A stretch of DNA of 64,000 nucleotides from an uncultured delta proteobacterium (GTDB lineage Bacteria; Desulfobacterota; Desulfuromonadia; Desulfuromonadales; JACZKF01): assembly GCA_963816395.1 (NCBI GenBank), contig CAWFKQ010000016.1:256001-320000 (forward strand). The letters run 5' to 3'. The notes under the pieces were generated by a model. The model was not told where the DNA came from and did not search any database. It saw nothing but the letters and a program-made list of their open reading frames with translations. A program made the position numbers and the translations under genes. Shown here piece by piece: positions 22,229 through 34,431 of the stretch; the first letter of the stretch is position 1; the number at the start of each line of letters is the position of its first letter.

Positions 22229-24304
22229 ATGAAGCACGATGCTCTGAGCGAACAGCGACCGCGGCCGCCTGCGCGGCTTGGCCCGGGGGCTGGCCACGGG
22301 CCAGGCGCCCCGATCTGGAGCAGCTCTCGCCCGCCGGAGATCGAGGCGCTCCTGCACGAGTTCGGCGTCTACCAGATCGAGCTGGAGACGCAGAACGAGG
22401 AGCTGCGGGAGACCCGGCTGGCGCTGGAGGCCGCCCGCGACCGCTACCGCGAGCTGTACGACTTCGCCCCGGTCGGCTATTTTACCTTCAGCGGCGAGGG
22501 GATGATCATCGAGGCGAACCTCGCCGCCGGCAAGCTGCTGGAGGTTGAGCGCCGCGCCCTGGCCGGGCAGTTCTTTTCCACCTTTCTCGCCCCGGCGGCG
22601 GTGGATGACTTCCTCGGCCATCTGCAGCCAGGTGCTCGAAAATCGGCCAGCAGCCGCACCAGGCCGAGATCCGCCTGGCCGACGGGCGTCTCCTGCAATT
22701 CACCAGCCTCGCCGCCGAGACTGCCGGCGGCAGCGACCTCTGCCGCAGCGCCGCCCTCGACATCACCGCCCGGCGGCGGGCGGAGGAGGCGCGGCGCCGC
22801 AGCGAAGCGCGCTTCCGCACCCTGGCCGAGGCGGCGCCGGTGGGGATCTTCGAGGCGGCTCCGGACGGCCGCTTCACCTATGTCAACCGGCGCTGGGAGG
22901 AGATCTCCGGGCGCAGTTGGCAGCGCAGCCTCGATTTCGGCTGGAACCAGGCGATCCACCCCGAGGACCGCCAGCGGGTCATTCTCCGCTGGGCGCACGG
23001 TTCAGCCGGCGGCTGGGCGGAGGAGTTCCGCCTGCTGCGGCCGGACGGCGCGGTCGCCTGGGTGCGAGTGTTGGTAACCGCCGCCGGCGGCAGCGCGGGA
23101 GGGCAGGGCGGCTTCATCGGCACGGTGGAGGACATCACGGCGCGCCGGGAAGGGGAGGCGGCGCTGCGGCGAGCCAAGGAGGCCGCCGAGGACGCCACCC
23201 GCGCCAAAAGCGAGTTCCTGGCCAACATGAGTCATGAAATCCGCACCCCGATGACCGTGATCCTCGGCGCCCTGGAGCAGCTGCACGAGGGTCCGGAGGA
23301 CGCTGCGGGAAAAATTGCTGGCGATGGCCGAAAGTTCGGCCGAGCGCCTGCTGGCGCTGATCGAGGACATCCTCGATTTTTCCAAGATCGAGGCGCGCAA
23401 GGTGGAGATCCGGCACGAGCCGTTCGATCTGCGGGGCTGGGTGGAAAAAGCCGTCGCCATGTTCCGCCTGCAGGCGCAGCAGAAGGGGCTCGATCTGCGG
23501 GTCGAAATCGATCCGGAGGTCCCGGAAACCATCGTCGGCGATCCCGACCGCCTGGCGCAGGTGCTGACCAATCTGATCGGCAACGCCGTCAAGTTCACCG
23601 ACAGCGGCGGGGTGACGGTGCGCGTCCGGGCGGGCAGCGGCGCCCTGGAAATCGCCGTGGCCGACACCGGCATGGGCATCCCCGCCGACCGCCGCGACCG
23701 GCTTTTTCACAGCTTCAGCCAGGTGGACGCTTCGCACACCCGCCGCTTCGGCGGCACCGGCCTGGGGCTGGCGATCAGCAAGGGGCTGGTGGAGCTGATG
23801 GGGGGGGAAATCGGGGTGGAGAGCGAGGAGGGGCGGGGGAGCGTCTTCTCTTTCAGCCTGCCCCTGGCCGTGCCGCTGCCGGCGGCGAACGGCTCCCCGG
23901 AGAGCGGAACGGTGCGGCCGGGCGGCCATGACGGTGGGCGAATCCTGCTCGCCGAGGACGATCCGATGGTGAGCGAGCTCATCAGCCTGATCCTGCGCAA
24001 AAGAGGGTGGGAAGTGGAGACCGCGGCCTGCGGCCGCCAGGTGCTGGAACGCTGGGAGGAGGGAGGCTTTGACCTGGTGCTGATGGATGTGCAGATGCCG
24101 ACCATGGACGGCTTCCAGGCGACTCGGATCATCCGGGAGCGCGAGCCGGCGGGGCAGCACGTGCCGATCATCGCCCTGACCGCCCACGCCCGCCGCGAGA
24201 ACCAGGAGCAATGCCTGGCCGCCGGCATGGACGGCTGGCTGACCAAACCGGTTTCCATGCACCAGCTCTACGCCGCGGTGGAGGAGCAGCTCGGGAGGCG
24301 GTGA
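22229..24304 (+). CDS. Hybrid PAS sensor histidine kinase/response regulator; frameshifted
   Basis: ELETQNEEL...[41 protein letters not shown], receiver LMDVQMPTMDG...KP. Confidence 0.9.
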
Positions 24305-24314
24305 GTTGAGCTTT

Positions 24315-24430
24315 TCCACGCAGCGACGCGACGGCGCAACGAAGGGCCAAACCCCACGGCTCATCTTACGATAGAATAAAAGATAAGAATTTTCTTCAGA
24401 TCTCACGCCGCGCGTTGCGTGTCGCGTGGA
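24315..24430. repeat. Imperfect inverted-repeat element with GC-rich short-period arms and an AT-rich spacer
   Basis: TCCACGCAGCGACGCGACGGCGCAACG ... CGCGTTGCGTGTCGCGTGGA. Confidence 0.6.
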
Positions 24431-24532
24431 GCCGCTTCCCGTTTTTTCCTTCCCCCTAAACCCTCCATCAGAAACTCCCCTGCATGCGATAGAATGAAGG
24501 CGAGGGAACAACCTGCCGCAAGGGGAATCCTG

Positions 24533-25530
24533 ATGGCGGAACTGAAGCGTGACATCATCGTCGCCGGCGCTTCCATGGGCGGCGTGGAAAGTTTCAGAAA
24601 ACTGGCCGGGCAGCTGCCGGCCCATTTCCCCGGGACGGTGTTCCTCGTCCTGCATACTTCTCCCGAAGGCCCGGGCCGGCTCCCGGCAATTCTGGCGCGC
24701 GCCGGTCCCCTGCCGGCGGCCAGGGCCGAGCACGACCGTCCTTATCAGCCCGGCCACATCTATGTCGCCCCGCCCGACCGGCATCTGCTCCTGCGCGACG
24801 GGCGGATGCTCCTTTCCCGGGGACCGAAGGAAAACCGCACCCGCCCGGCCATCGATCCCCTCTTCCGCTCGGCCGCCGTCGCCTGCGGTTCGCGGGTGGT
24901 CGGGGTCCTCCTTTCCGGTTACCTGGACGACGGTGTGGCCGGGCTGGCGGCGATCAAGCGCTGCGGCGGGGTAGCGGTGGTGCAGGACCCGGACGATACC
25001 CTTTACCCGGACATGCCGCGCAACGCCCTGCGGGCCCTTGCCGTCGACCATTGCCTGCCGCTGGCGGGAATGGGGCAACCTGCTGCAGGGGCTGGTCCGG
25101 CAGGCGGCTCCGCTGCCCCCACCTGCCCCCGAGGACCTGCGGCGTGAAGTGGCTATCAGCGAGGAACTCATGAGCGAAATTTCCGAAAGCCGGCACCTCG
25201 GAGCGCCCACCGCCCTTGCCTGCCCCGATTGCGGCGGCCCCTTGTGGCAGGTCCCGAGACCGGGCGGTGACCCGCTTCCGCTGCAGCGTCGGGCATGGTT
25301 TTACCGCCGCCAGCCTCCTCGAAAGTCAGGAGGAGGCGGTGGAGAAAGCCTTGTGGATCGCCCTGCGCACGCTGGAGGAGCGCTCCCGGATGCTGCGCCA
25401 GATGGACGAGGAGGCCCGCCGCCGCGGCGCGACCCATGACCTCTTCGAAAAAGGAGCGGCGGAGAATCTCGCCCATGCCGAGCAGATCCGCGGCCTGCTG
25501 ATGAGCCTCGACAGGGTCGATAAAACGTGA
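24533..25530 (+). CDS. CheB-type methylesterase with a C-terminal Cys-rich domain; frameshifted
   Basis: GASMGG, VLHT, RPAIDPLFRSAA, LDDG; CPDCGG...RFRCSVGH...ALWIALRTLEE. Confidence 0.85.
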
Positions 25531-25703
25531 GCGGGAAGGACATGCGCCAGGTGGCCGGCGAAAAGGGAAATGACGCCGATTGCGGCAAAGGGTTAGAATC
25601 TCCTTTTATTTGCCCATCAGGTCTGTTAAAAGAGTAAATTCGGTTTTTCTCATCAAATGAGCAAGGAAGTTGTTTTCGCCGCCACGGGCGATCCTTTGTC
25701 GAA

Positions 25704-27271
25704 ATGAACAAGCAGAAAAATACCGATCTCCTGGAAAGCCGGGTTCTCGTCCTGGCGCCGGCCGCCCGGGATGCCCGGCTGAGCCGGCGGATTCTGGCCG
25801 AGGCCGGTCTGGAGGGAGTAGGTTTGCCAGAACCTGGAGGCCCTCTGCAGCGAGATCCGCGCCGGGGCCGGGGTGGTGGTGCTGATCGAAAAGGCCGCAT
25901 CCGGCGACGAAATCGGGATACTGGCCGATCAGTTGCGGGAGCAGCCCGCCTGGTCCGACCTGCCGATCATCCTCATGGCGCGCGGGGTGTTCGCCTCGCA
26001 ATCGGCCGCCATCGCCCTGGAGGCGCTGGGAAATGTGGTGCTGCTGGCGCGGCCGGTGCGGGTGGCTACCCTGATCAGCACGGTGCGCACCGCCCTGCGC
26101 GCCCGTGCCCGGCAGTACCAGATGCGGCGGCAGCTGGCGGAGCGGGAGCAGCAGGAGAAGGCGCTGGCCAGGAGCGAGGAGCGGCTGCGCCTGGCGACCT
26201 CGGCGGCCGGCATCGGCATCTGGCAGTGGGATCTGTTAACCGACCGGCAGGAATGGGACGGGCAGTGCAAGGCACTTGTTCGGCTTGCCGCCGGAGGCCG
26301 AGGTCTCCTTCGAGCGCTGGCGCGATCTGCTGCACCCGGAGGACCGGCCGCGCCTGCTGGCGGCGGTTCCGCAGTTCATCGAAGAAGGCGGCGAGCAGAA
26401 GGAGGAGTACCGGGTGCTGCGGCCCGACGGCAGCGTGCGCTGGCTGCTGGTGCGCGGAGCGGTCACTCGGGATGCTGCCGGCCGGCCGGTGCAGATGGTC
26501 GGCATCGCCATGGACATCACCGAGCGCCGGACGATGGAGGAAGCGCTGCGCCGGGCCAAGGTGGCGGCCGATGCCGCCAACCGGGCGAAAAGCGAGTTTC
26601 TGGCCAACATGAGCCATGAGATCCGCACCCCCCTCACGGTGACCATGGGCACTATCGAACTCCTGCAGGACACCGTTCTGAACGAGGAGCAGCGCCACTA
26701 CCTGGAAATGGCCCAGTCGGCCTCCGAAAACCTGCTGCGCCTGATCGAGGATCTGCTGGATTTCTCCCGGCTCGAGGCCGGACGGATGGCCTTCCGGCAA
26801 GAGCCCTTCGACGTGCGGGGCTGTGTGCAGACTACCGTTCAGGCATTCAGCCCGGAGGCGCAGCGCAAAGGACTCCGCCTCGCCCTGGAGATCGACCCGG
26901 GGGTGCCCGGCATTCTCGTCGGCGATGCGGATCGCCTGCGCCAGGTGCTGTTCAACCTGGTGGATAATGCGATCAAGTTCACTGAGCGGGGGGAAGTGAC
27001 GGTGACGGTAGGCCCTGATCCGGAAATCCGGCGCCACCTGGTCTTCACGGTCTGGGATACCGGCATCGGCATTCCGGGGGAGAAGCTGGAGCTGCTGTTC
27101 CAGGCATTCACGCAGCTCGACAGCTCACCTACCCGCCGCCATGGCGGCACCGGCCTGGGCCTGATTCTCAGCAAGCGCCTGCTGGCACGGATGGGCGGCT
27201 CGATCCGGGTGGAGAGCACCCCGGGACAGGGCAGCCAGTTCTCCTTCTCTCTCCCGCTGCTGGCAGGCTAG
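25704..27271 (+). CDS. PAS sensor histidine kinase with a degenerate receiver-like N-terminus; frameshifted
   Basis: [16 protein letters not shown]...[33 protein letters not shown]. Confidence 0.88.
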
Positions 27272-28248
27272 GGCCCTGGGATCAGCCGTTGAAAATCACC
27301 GGCGGTGAGTGAGCTTTGCCAATGGCCGCCGAGCATGCCGGCGCCGACGCCGGCGGCGAACAGCAGCAGCACCAGGGCGGCGAAACCCCACCAGGGAAAG
27401 GCCCGGCCCGGCAGAGGGGAGATCTGCAGCGCCCCCTGCGGACAGCTTTCGAGGCAGGTCAGACAGGCGGTGCACTCGGCGGAGCGCACCGCCTGCCGTT
27501 TCCCTACCGGCAGGCGGGCCGGGCACGCCCGCTCGCAGGCGCCGCAACCGGCGCAGGTCTCCTGCGAGCGGCGAATGCGAAAGGGGCTGAACAGGGCCAG
27601 TAAGCCCAGCAAGGCCCCGTAAGGGCAAAGATAACGGCACCAGGCATGGCGATAGAGGAGGGAGAGGGCTGCCAGGGTGGCGAGCACCACCAGGGTGGCG
27701 GCGGACATGCGGGTGAAGAAGTGCAGCATCTTCACGTCGCTCACCGCCCAATAGGGGGAGTCGAGGAAGCCGCCGAGAGCCGCAGCCGGCATGTCGAGCC
27801 CGATGCTTTTGACAAAGAACAGGAGCAGCAGGTACTTGATCCCCCGCAGCACCAGGTCGAGCCATCGCCAGGGGTGAAAGTTGCGGCCGAACAGCCGCCG
27901 GCCGAGCTTTCCCAGGGCCTCGGAAAGCGTTCCCACCGGACACAGCCAGGCGCAGAAGGATTTGCGCGCCAGCAGGCACATTCCCAGAAAAGTCAGGAAC
28001 AGAACGAGAGCCGCCGGATGGACCGGGTGGACGGTTCCGGAAGTGATCCAGTAGCGCAGGCTCACCAGGGCGCCGATGGGGAGAAACCCTTCCACCCCCG
28101 GCGGCCGCACGTAGGCCGGGCCGCCGACTTCGAAATGGCGGACGAAGAGCGCGAACTGCACGCCGAGAAAAACGGTCCAGAGGAAAAAGAGCCACTGTAC
28201 CAGGGCGCGCCAGAAACCGGGGCGCTGTGCCCAATGCCGTTGTCGCAT
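27268..28248 (-). CDS. Membrane 4Fe-4S binding protein (NapH/MauN-like polyferredoxin)
   Basis: FCAWLCPVG, WCRYLCPYG, CAGCGACERACP, CTACLTCLESCP plus TM segments. Confidence 0.9.
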   Translation of the reverse strand: MRQRHWAQRPGFWRALVQWLFFLWTVFLGVQFALFVRHFEVGGPAYVRPPGVEGFLPIGALVSLRYWITSGTVHPVHPAALVLFLTFLGMCLLARKSFCAWLCPVGTLSEALGKLGRRLFGRNFHPWRWLDLVLRGIKYLLLLFFVKSIGLDMPAAALGGFLDSPYWAVSDVKMLHFFTRMSAATLVVLATLAALSLLYRHAWCRYLCPYGALLGLLALFSPFRIRRSQETCAGCGACERACPARLPVGKRQAVRSAECTACLTCLESCPQGALQISPLPGRAFPWWGFAALVLLLFAAGVGAGMLGGHWQSSLTAGDFQRLIPGP

Positions 28249-28427
28249 CGTCGAAATCCCAGGCTGGAGAAAAAATGCGGCGCGGAAAACTTCCCCCATT
28301 CTCACCGAAAGGCAGCGGCGGGGAATTGACCGTGGTCAAGGACGGCGATGCAGATTATCCGAGGGTGCGGAAAATGTCAAAGGAAGGGCAATTGCAAAGA
28401 GCGGCGGAACCGATAAAATTAAACTTC

Positions 28428-30058
28428 ATGAAATTCCACTTCGCCCGCCGTCGAGAGCCGTGCCGCAACCCTCGGCCGCCTGACCGCCCGGCGTCATGAC
28501 GTGCTGATCATCGGCGGCGGCATCAACGGCGCCGGACTGGCCCGGGATCTGGCGCTGCGCGGTCTGGACGTCGTCCTGGCGGAGATGGGGGATTTCGCCT
28601 CCGGCACGTCCAGCGCCTCCACCAAGCTGATCCATGGCGGTCTGCGCTACCTGGAAAATCTCGACTTCCGGCTGGTTTTCGAGGCGTGCCGGGAACGGCG
28701 CATTCTGCAGCGGATCGCCCCGCATCTGGTGCATCCCCTGCCGTTTCTGATACCGGTCTACCGGCATGACCCGCATTCCCTGCTGCAGGTGCGGGCCGGT
28801 CTCACCTTGTACGATCTGCTGGCGCTCTTCCGCAATGCCGGCCGGCACCAGATCCTCTCCGGCCGCCGGGCGACCGACCGGGAACCCCTCCTGAAGCCGG
28901 AAGGGCTGCGCGGCGCCGCCCTCTACTGGGACTGCCGGATGGATGACGCCCGCCTCTGCCTGGAGAATATCCTGGCGGCCCGCGAGGCCGGCGCCGAAAC
29001 GGTCAACTATCTGCAGGCGGTGGAGTTGCTGAAGGTGGCCGGCAGGGTGGCCGGCGCCCGCCTGCGCGACCGGGAATCGGGGGAGGAATTCGCGGTGGAG
29101 GCCCGGGTGGTGGTCAACGCCGCCGGCCCCTGGCTCGACCGGGTGTGCGCTCTCGACGGGGAAAACGAACCGAAGCTGCGGCCGACCCGCGGCAGCCACA
29201 TCCTGATTCCCCGCATCAATCGCGGCGAGGAGGCCGTTTACCTGACGGCCGGCCGGGACGACCGGCTCTTCTTCGTCATTCCCTGGGGCGATCTTTCCCT
29301 GGTGGGGACCACTGATGACGATTACCGGGGCGATCCCGGCGCTGTTCGGGCCACGGCCGAAGATATCGATTACCTGCTGGACGAAACCGCTCGCCATCTG
29401 CAGGGCGTTTCGCCCGGACGCGATCAGGTGGTGGCGGATTTCGCCGGGGTGCGGCCGCTGGTGGCGGAGGCGGGGGTGAAGACTTCCCGGGTCTCTCGCG
29501 AGCACCGGCTCTTCAGTCTCTGCCTCCGGGCTGATTTCGATCGCCGGCGGCAAGTACACCACCTTCCGGGTGGTGGCCGCCGAGGCGGCCCGTCTGGTGG
29601 CCGGAGAACTGGGGCGCGGCCATGGCCGGTCTCTGACCGCCCGTATCCCCCTGCCCGGCGGGGCGACGGGAGATTTCGCCGCTTTCCGTCGCCGCCAGGC
29701 TCCCCTCCTCGCCGACCGCTGCGGTCTCGGCCGGCCGCAGGTGGAGTTGCTGCTGGGGCGTTACGGCGCCCGCACGCCCCGCCTGCTGGCCTTGCTGGAG
29801 AAGGAGCCGGAGCTGGCCCGGCCGGTGGTGACGGGATCGCCGCTGCTGGCGGCGGAGGTGGTTTACGCCGTCGACTGCGAACTGGCCCGCACCCCCGAAG
29901 ACGTGCTGCGCCGGCGCACGCCGCTGGCCCTGGGCCGGGGGCGCGGGTTAGCGGAACTGGCGGCGGTGATCGATCTGCTCGGCGACCGCCTGGGAACCCC
30001 GGTCGCCCGCCGGGAGCAATGGCGGAACGAATATCGGACAAACTACTCCACACCTTGA
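28428..30058 (+). CDS. glpD: FAD-dependent glycerol-3-phosphate dehydrogenase; frameshifted
   Basis: IIGGGINGAG, GTSSASTKLIHGGLRYLE, VNAAGPW, GTTD, GGKYTT, DVLRRRT. Confidence 0.9.
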
Positions 30059-30062
30059 AAGG

Positions 30063-31563
30063 ATGCGCCCGATGGAGATCAAGGTAAAAAAAGGGGATCC
30101 CCGCAAGCAGAAAACGCCCTGCCTGGTGCTCGGCGCCCTGGAGGGCAGGTTAAATACCCCCCTGCTGAAAGACATCGATGCCGCCCTCGACGGCGCCCTC
30201 AGCCGGGCTGTCCGGGAGCAGGAATTCTCCGGCAAGACCAAGGAAGTCCTGCTGCTGCACCCGGGCCGGCGCCTGCCGGCCGAGCGGGTGCTGGTGGTCG
30301 GCCTGGGGAAGGAGAAGAAAAACGGTCTGGAGCGCCTGCGGCAGACGGCAGGGACCGCCGCCTCTTTTCTCCAGGGGAAGAAGATTGTCTCCTTCGCCGT
30401 CGATCTCGCCTCCCTGCCCCTGCGGGGGACGGAAGTGCCCGGGGCGGTCCAGGCCCTGATCGAGGGGATCGTTCTCGCCACCTACCGCTTCGACCGCTAC
30501 CGGACGGAAAATCGCGGTGAACTGGCTCCGGAACTCGCCGGGGTGACGCTGCTGACCGAGAAGCAGGCGCAGGTGCGCCAGGCGGAAGCCGGTATCGCCG
30601 CGGCCGACGCGGTTTGTCGCGGGGTGGTGCTGGCCCGCGACCTGGTCAACCAGCCGGGAAATGCCAAGGCTCCGGAATATCTCGCCGAACAGGCGCGAAA
30701 AATTGCCGAAGAGAACGGCCTGCAGTGCACCGTCCTCGAGCGTGCCGACCTCGAGCGCGAGGGGCTGGGCGCACTCCTCGGGGTGGCCCAGGGGAGCGTG
30801 CGCGAGCCCCGCCTGATCGTTCTCGAGTATCGCGGCGGGAGCAGCTGACGCCCAGCCGGTGGCCCTGGTCGGCAAAGGGGTCGTCTTCGACGCCGGCGGC
30901 ATCTCCCTGAAGCCGGCGGAGAAGATGGACGAGATGAAGATGGACATGGCAGGCGGCGCCACGGTGCTGGGGACGCTGCTGGCCGCCGCCCTGCTCAAGT
31001 TGCCGGTCAACCTGGTAGGGATCGTCCCGGCGGTGGAGAATCTCCCCTCCGGCAGCGCCATCCGCCCCGGGGATATTCTGACCTCCCTCTCCGGCCGGAC
31101 CATAGAAGTGCTCAATACCGATGCCGAGGGGCGCCTCATCCTGGCCGATGCCATCACTTACGCCAAGCGCTTCGAGCCGCGCCTGGTGATCGATCTGGCG
31201 ACCCTTACCGGCGCCTGCATCATCGCCCTTGGGCATCACGCAACGGCGGTTCTCGGCAACCACGAGGGCCTCATCCGGCAGTTGATCCGGGCCGGCGAGA
31301 GAACGGGCGAGCGCCTCTGGCAGTTGCCTCTCTGGGAAGAATATGCCTGCCAGCTGAAGAGTGAAGTGGCCGATGTGAAGAATATCGGCGGTCGACCGGG
31401 GGGGACGATCACCGCCGCCGCCTTCCTGCAGAAGTTCGCCGGTGAAACCGTCTGGGCCCATCTCGATATCGCCGGCACCGCCTGGGAGGAAAAGGGACGA
31501 CCCTATACCCCAAAAGGCGGCACGGGAGTGGGGGTGCGACTGCTGATTGATTATTTGCAATAG
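30063..31563 (+). CDS. pepA: Leucyl aminopeptidase (M17); frameshift near 30845
   Basis: [41 protein letters not shown]. Confidence 0.93.
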
Positions 31564-31669
31564 CGAGTGCAACAGGTTGTAATGGAAACAAAAGTTTATA
31601 ATCCCCCTTGACAACCGGATAAATCCTTGATAAAGGTTATTTAATTAAATACTAATGTGGAGAGAGCCT

Positions 31670-31834
31670 TTGCTCAAGTACTGTGCCTGGTGCGGGAAAT
31701 ACCAGGGCGCCAACAAGGCCAAGGGGTATCAGATTCGGGAAAACATCTGCGAGATCGATACCGCTACCATCTGTCCGGTCTGCCTGGCCCGACTGGTCAA
31801 GGAGCTGCCTGACCAGCAGGCCGCCCGCCTCTGA
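31670..31834 (+). CDS. 54-aa CxxC...CxxC zinc-ribbon-like protein (below the ORF-track cutoff)
   Basis: TTG start after [19 protein letters not shown]...[17 protein letters not shown]. Confidence 0.65.
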   Translation: MLKYCAWCGKYQGANKAKGYQIRENICEIDTATICPVCLARLVKELPDQQAARL

Positions 31835-32001
31835 GCAGGGACGGGGAGAACAGACGCTCCATTTTTCTGGTCTGGAATATTAAAAAAAATTCAGATTACC
31901 TGTTGATTTTTTTCTCGGAGTCAATACAGTTTAGGGGAGGCAAAGGAATCCCGGTCGACCGGGACCATTCACCAGAGACTTTCGAACAGGAGACGGAGAA
32001 A

Positions 32002-32202
32002 ATGGCAAAGGGTACGGTTAAATGGTTTAATGACGCAAAAGGATTCGGCTTTATCGAGCAGGAGGGGGGGCCCGATGTGTTCGTCCACTTCTCGGCAATC
32101 GAAATGGACGGGTTCAAAACCCTGGCTGAGGGGGAACCTGTCTCATTCAATATTCTCCAGGGCCCAAAGGGGCCCCAGGCACAGAACGTCATGCGCGCCT
32201 GA
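32002..32202 (+). CDS. Cold-shock protein (CspA family)
   Basis: [24 protein letters not shown]. Confidence 0.95.
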   Translation: MAKGTVKWFNDAKGFGFIEQEGGPDVFVHFSAIEMDGFKTLAEGEPVSFNILQGPKGPQAQNVMRA

Positions 32203-32438
32203 TAGCAATTGAGGTTTCCCCAGCCCGAGATCATTAGGGCCCCATTCTCCATGGGGCCTTATTTATTTAGTGTAGCTAAATTTCCTTGTTTTTTCTCTCG
32301 AGGTGTGTTAAAAGGCAGGGCAAATCCGGGAAGTTCAGGTTCCCTCATGAGAGAACCAGTACGCTTGCTTGGGGTGAAGCGACCGGAACGCAAACTTTTC
32401 AGACCGGCTCAGCCGGGGAGCAAAGGAGCAGGAAGAAG

Positions 32439-32639
32439 ATGGCAGAAGGTACGGTTAAGTGGTTCAATGACGCCAAAGGTTTCGGATTCATCCAGCAGGA
32501 CGGGGGCCCCGATGTCTTCGTCCATTTCTCCGCCATTCAGGGGGACGGGTTCAAATCGCTGGCTGAAGGGGAGCGGGTCCGTTTCGATGTAACCCAGGGG
32601 AATAAGGGGCCGCAAGCCTCCAACGTGGTCAAGATCTGA
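32439..32639 (+). CDS. Cold-shock protein (CspA family)
   Basis: [32 protein letters not shown]. Confidence 0.95.
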   Translation: MAEGTVKWFNDAKGFGFIQQDGGPDVFVHFSAIQGDGFKSLAEGERVRFDVTQGNKGPQASNVVKI

Positions 32640-32667
32640 CCGGCGAGGGCGCCCCCGGCGACCTGCC

Positions 32668-32700
32668 AGGCTCCGCCTTTCCCGGTGGAGCCTTTTTCTT
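32668..32700 (+). terminator. Rho-independent terminator after the second csp gene
   Basis: AGGCTCCGCC-loop-GGTGGAGCCT followed by a T-run. Confidence 0.75.
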
Positions 32701-32847
32701 TGTCTTTTCCAGTGCTTTCACTGCCTTCTGGGGGGACGGCCGACCGGCTTTGTCCTTGACATCCAGGGTTTCTGTTGTTAACTTACCAGCTTTGGATTGA
32801 GCCGGTCGCCTCACTAAATCCCGCTATCAGCGCCAGCCGGATCGCCG

Positions 32848-34431
32848 ATGAAAGTTCTCATTTCCGATAAATTTTCGCCGGAAGGTCTGCGAGTCTTCGA
32901 AGAGGCCGCGGAGATCGTGCTGGACTACCAGCCCGGCTTGTCGCCGGAAGAGCTTCTGCAGGCGGTCGCCGATGCCGATGCGCTGGTGGTGCGCGGCGGC
33001 ACCCAGGTGACCGAGGAGGTCTTTCGGGCGGCGAAAAAGCTCAAGGTGGTCGGCCGGGCCGGGATCGGGGTGGAGAACATGGACCTGGCCGCTGCCAACC
33101 GGCAGGGGGTGGTGATCATGAACACCCCTTTCGGCAGCACCACCACCTCGGCCGAGCACACGATTGCCATGCTGCTGGCCCTGGCCCGGCAGATCCCCGA
33201 GGCGAGCCGTTCAACCAAGGCCGGCCGGTGGGAAAAGGACCGGTTTCTCGGCACCGAGGTGGCCGGCAAGACCCTGGGGGTGATCGGTGCCGGCAAGATC
33301 GGCCGCTTGGTGGTCGAGCGGGCCATCGGCCTGAAGATGCGGGTGATCATCTACGATCCCTATCTGGCCATGGAAATGGTGCAGCAATTGGGGGCCGACC
33401 AGGTGGAGTTCGATGAACTGCTGGGCCGGGCCGACTTCATCACCCTGCACATTCCTCTCAACCCCGATACCCACCATCTGCTGAATTATGAGACGTTGCG
33501 CCGGGTAAAGCCGGGGTGCCGCATCCTTAACTGCGCTACCGGCGGACTGGTCGATGAGGCGGCTCTGGCCCGGGCGATCCGGGACGGCCGGGTGGCCGGC
33601 GCCGCCCTCGATGTTTTCAGCAAGGAGCCGCCGGATCGGGACAATCCCCTGCTGGCTCTCGACCAGGTGATCTGCACGCCGCACCTGCGCGCTTCCACGG
33701 TCGACGCCCAGATCAACGTGACGGTGCAGGTGGCGCGGCAAATCGTCGATTTCCTGCAGCGGGGAATCGTCATCAATGCCCTCAATGTCCCCTCGATCAG
33801 CGCCGATCTGCTGACCGTCATCCGTCCCTACATCGAACTGGCCGAGCGCCTGGGTTCCTTTCAGGCCCAGTACTGCGCCCGCGGCCTGCAGGCGGTGACG
33901 GTCGAATACGCCGGCAGCATTACCGATCACCCCACCGGGCCGCTGACCATCGCCCTGCTCAAGGGACTGCTGACGCCGATGATCGGTTCCATGGTCAATT
34001 ACGTCAACGCGCCGCATCTGGCGCGCGAGCGGGGGATCCGGGTGGTGGAGGCGCGCAGCAGCACCTCCGAAGGCTTTGCCAACATGATCCGCCTGACGGT
34101 CACCGGCGCCGAGGGTGAGCACTCGGTCTGCGGCACCCTGTTCGGCCATGACGACTACCGCATCGTGCGGGTCGACGACTACCATGTGGAGGCGGTGCCG
34201 CAGGGAAACATCCTGGTGCTGCTCAACGACGACCGCCCGGGAGTGATCGGTTTTATCGGCCAGGTGCTGGCTGAGGCGGATGTCAATATCGCCATGATGA
34301 ATCTCTCCCGGCGCAAGATCAAGGGGCGGGCGATCTCCCTGATCACCGTCGACAGCGCCATCCCCGATGCCGTTCTCGACCGGTTGCGGACGAACGAGCA
34401 CATTCTCTCCGCGGTGCAGGTGCATTTGTAA
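32848..34431 (+). CDS. serA: D-3-phosphoglycerate dehydrogenase
   Basis: GRAGIG, GVIGAGKIG, ALDVF..EP, TPHL, C-terminal ASB and ACT (NDDRPGVIG) domains. Confidence 0.92.
   Translation: MKVLISDKFSPEGLRVFEEAAEIVLDYQPGLSPEELLQAVADADALVVRGGTQVTEEVFRAAKKLKVVGRAGIGVENMDLAAANRQGVVIMNTPFGSTTTSAEHTIAMLLALARQIPEASRSTKAGRWEKDRFLGTEVAGKTLGVIGAGKIGRLVVERAIGLKMRVIIYDPYLAMEMVQQLGADQVEFDELLGRADFITLHIPLNPDTHHLLNYETLRRVKPGCRILNCATGGLVDEAALARAIRDGRVAGAALDVFSKEPPDRDNPLLALDQVICTPHLRASTVDAQINVTVQVARQIVDFLQRGIVINALNVPSISADLLTVIRPYIELAERLGSFQAQYCARGLQAVTVEYAGSITDHPTGPLTIALLKGLLTPMIGSMVNYVNAPHLARERGIRVVEARSSTSEGFANMIRLTVTGAEGEHSVCGTLFGHDDYRIVRVDDYHVEAVPQGNILVLLNDDRPGVIGFIGQVLAEADVNIAMMNLSRRKIKGRAISLITVDSAIPDAVLDRLRTNEHILSAVQVHL

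Noticed and set aside
32300..32438. Possible riboswitch in the csp leader (also checked upstream of the MCP and Kef genes)
   Set aside because: No complete consensus for c-di-GMP, fluoride or c-di-AMP riboswitches could be matched by eye; an Rfam scan would be needed
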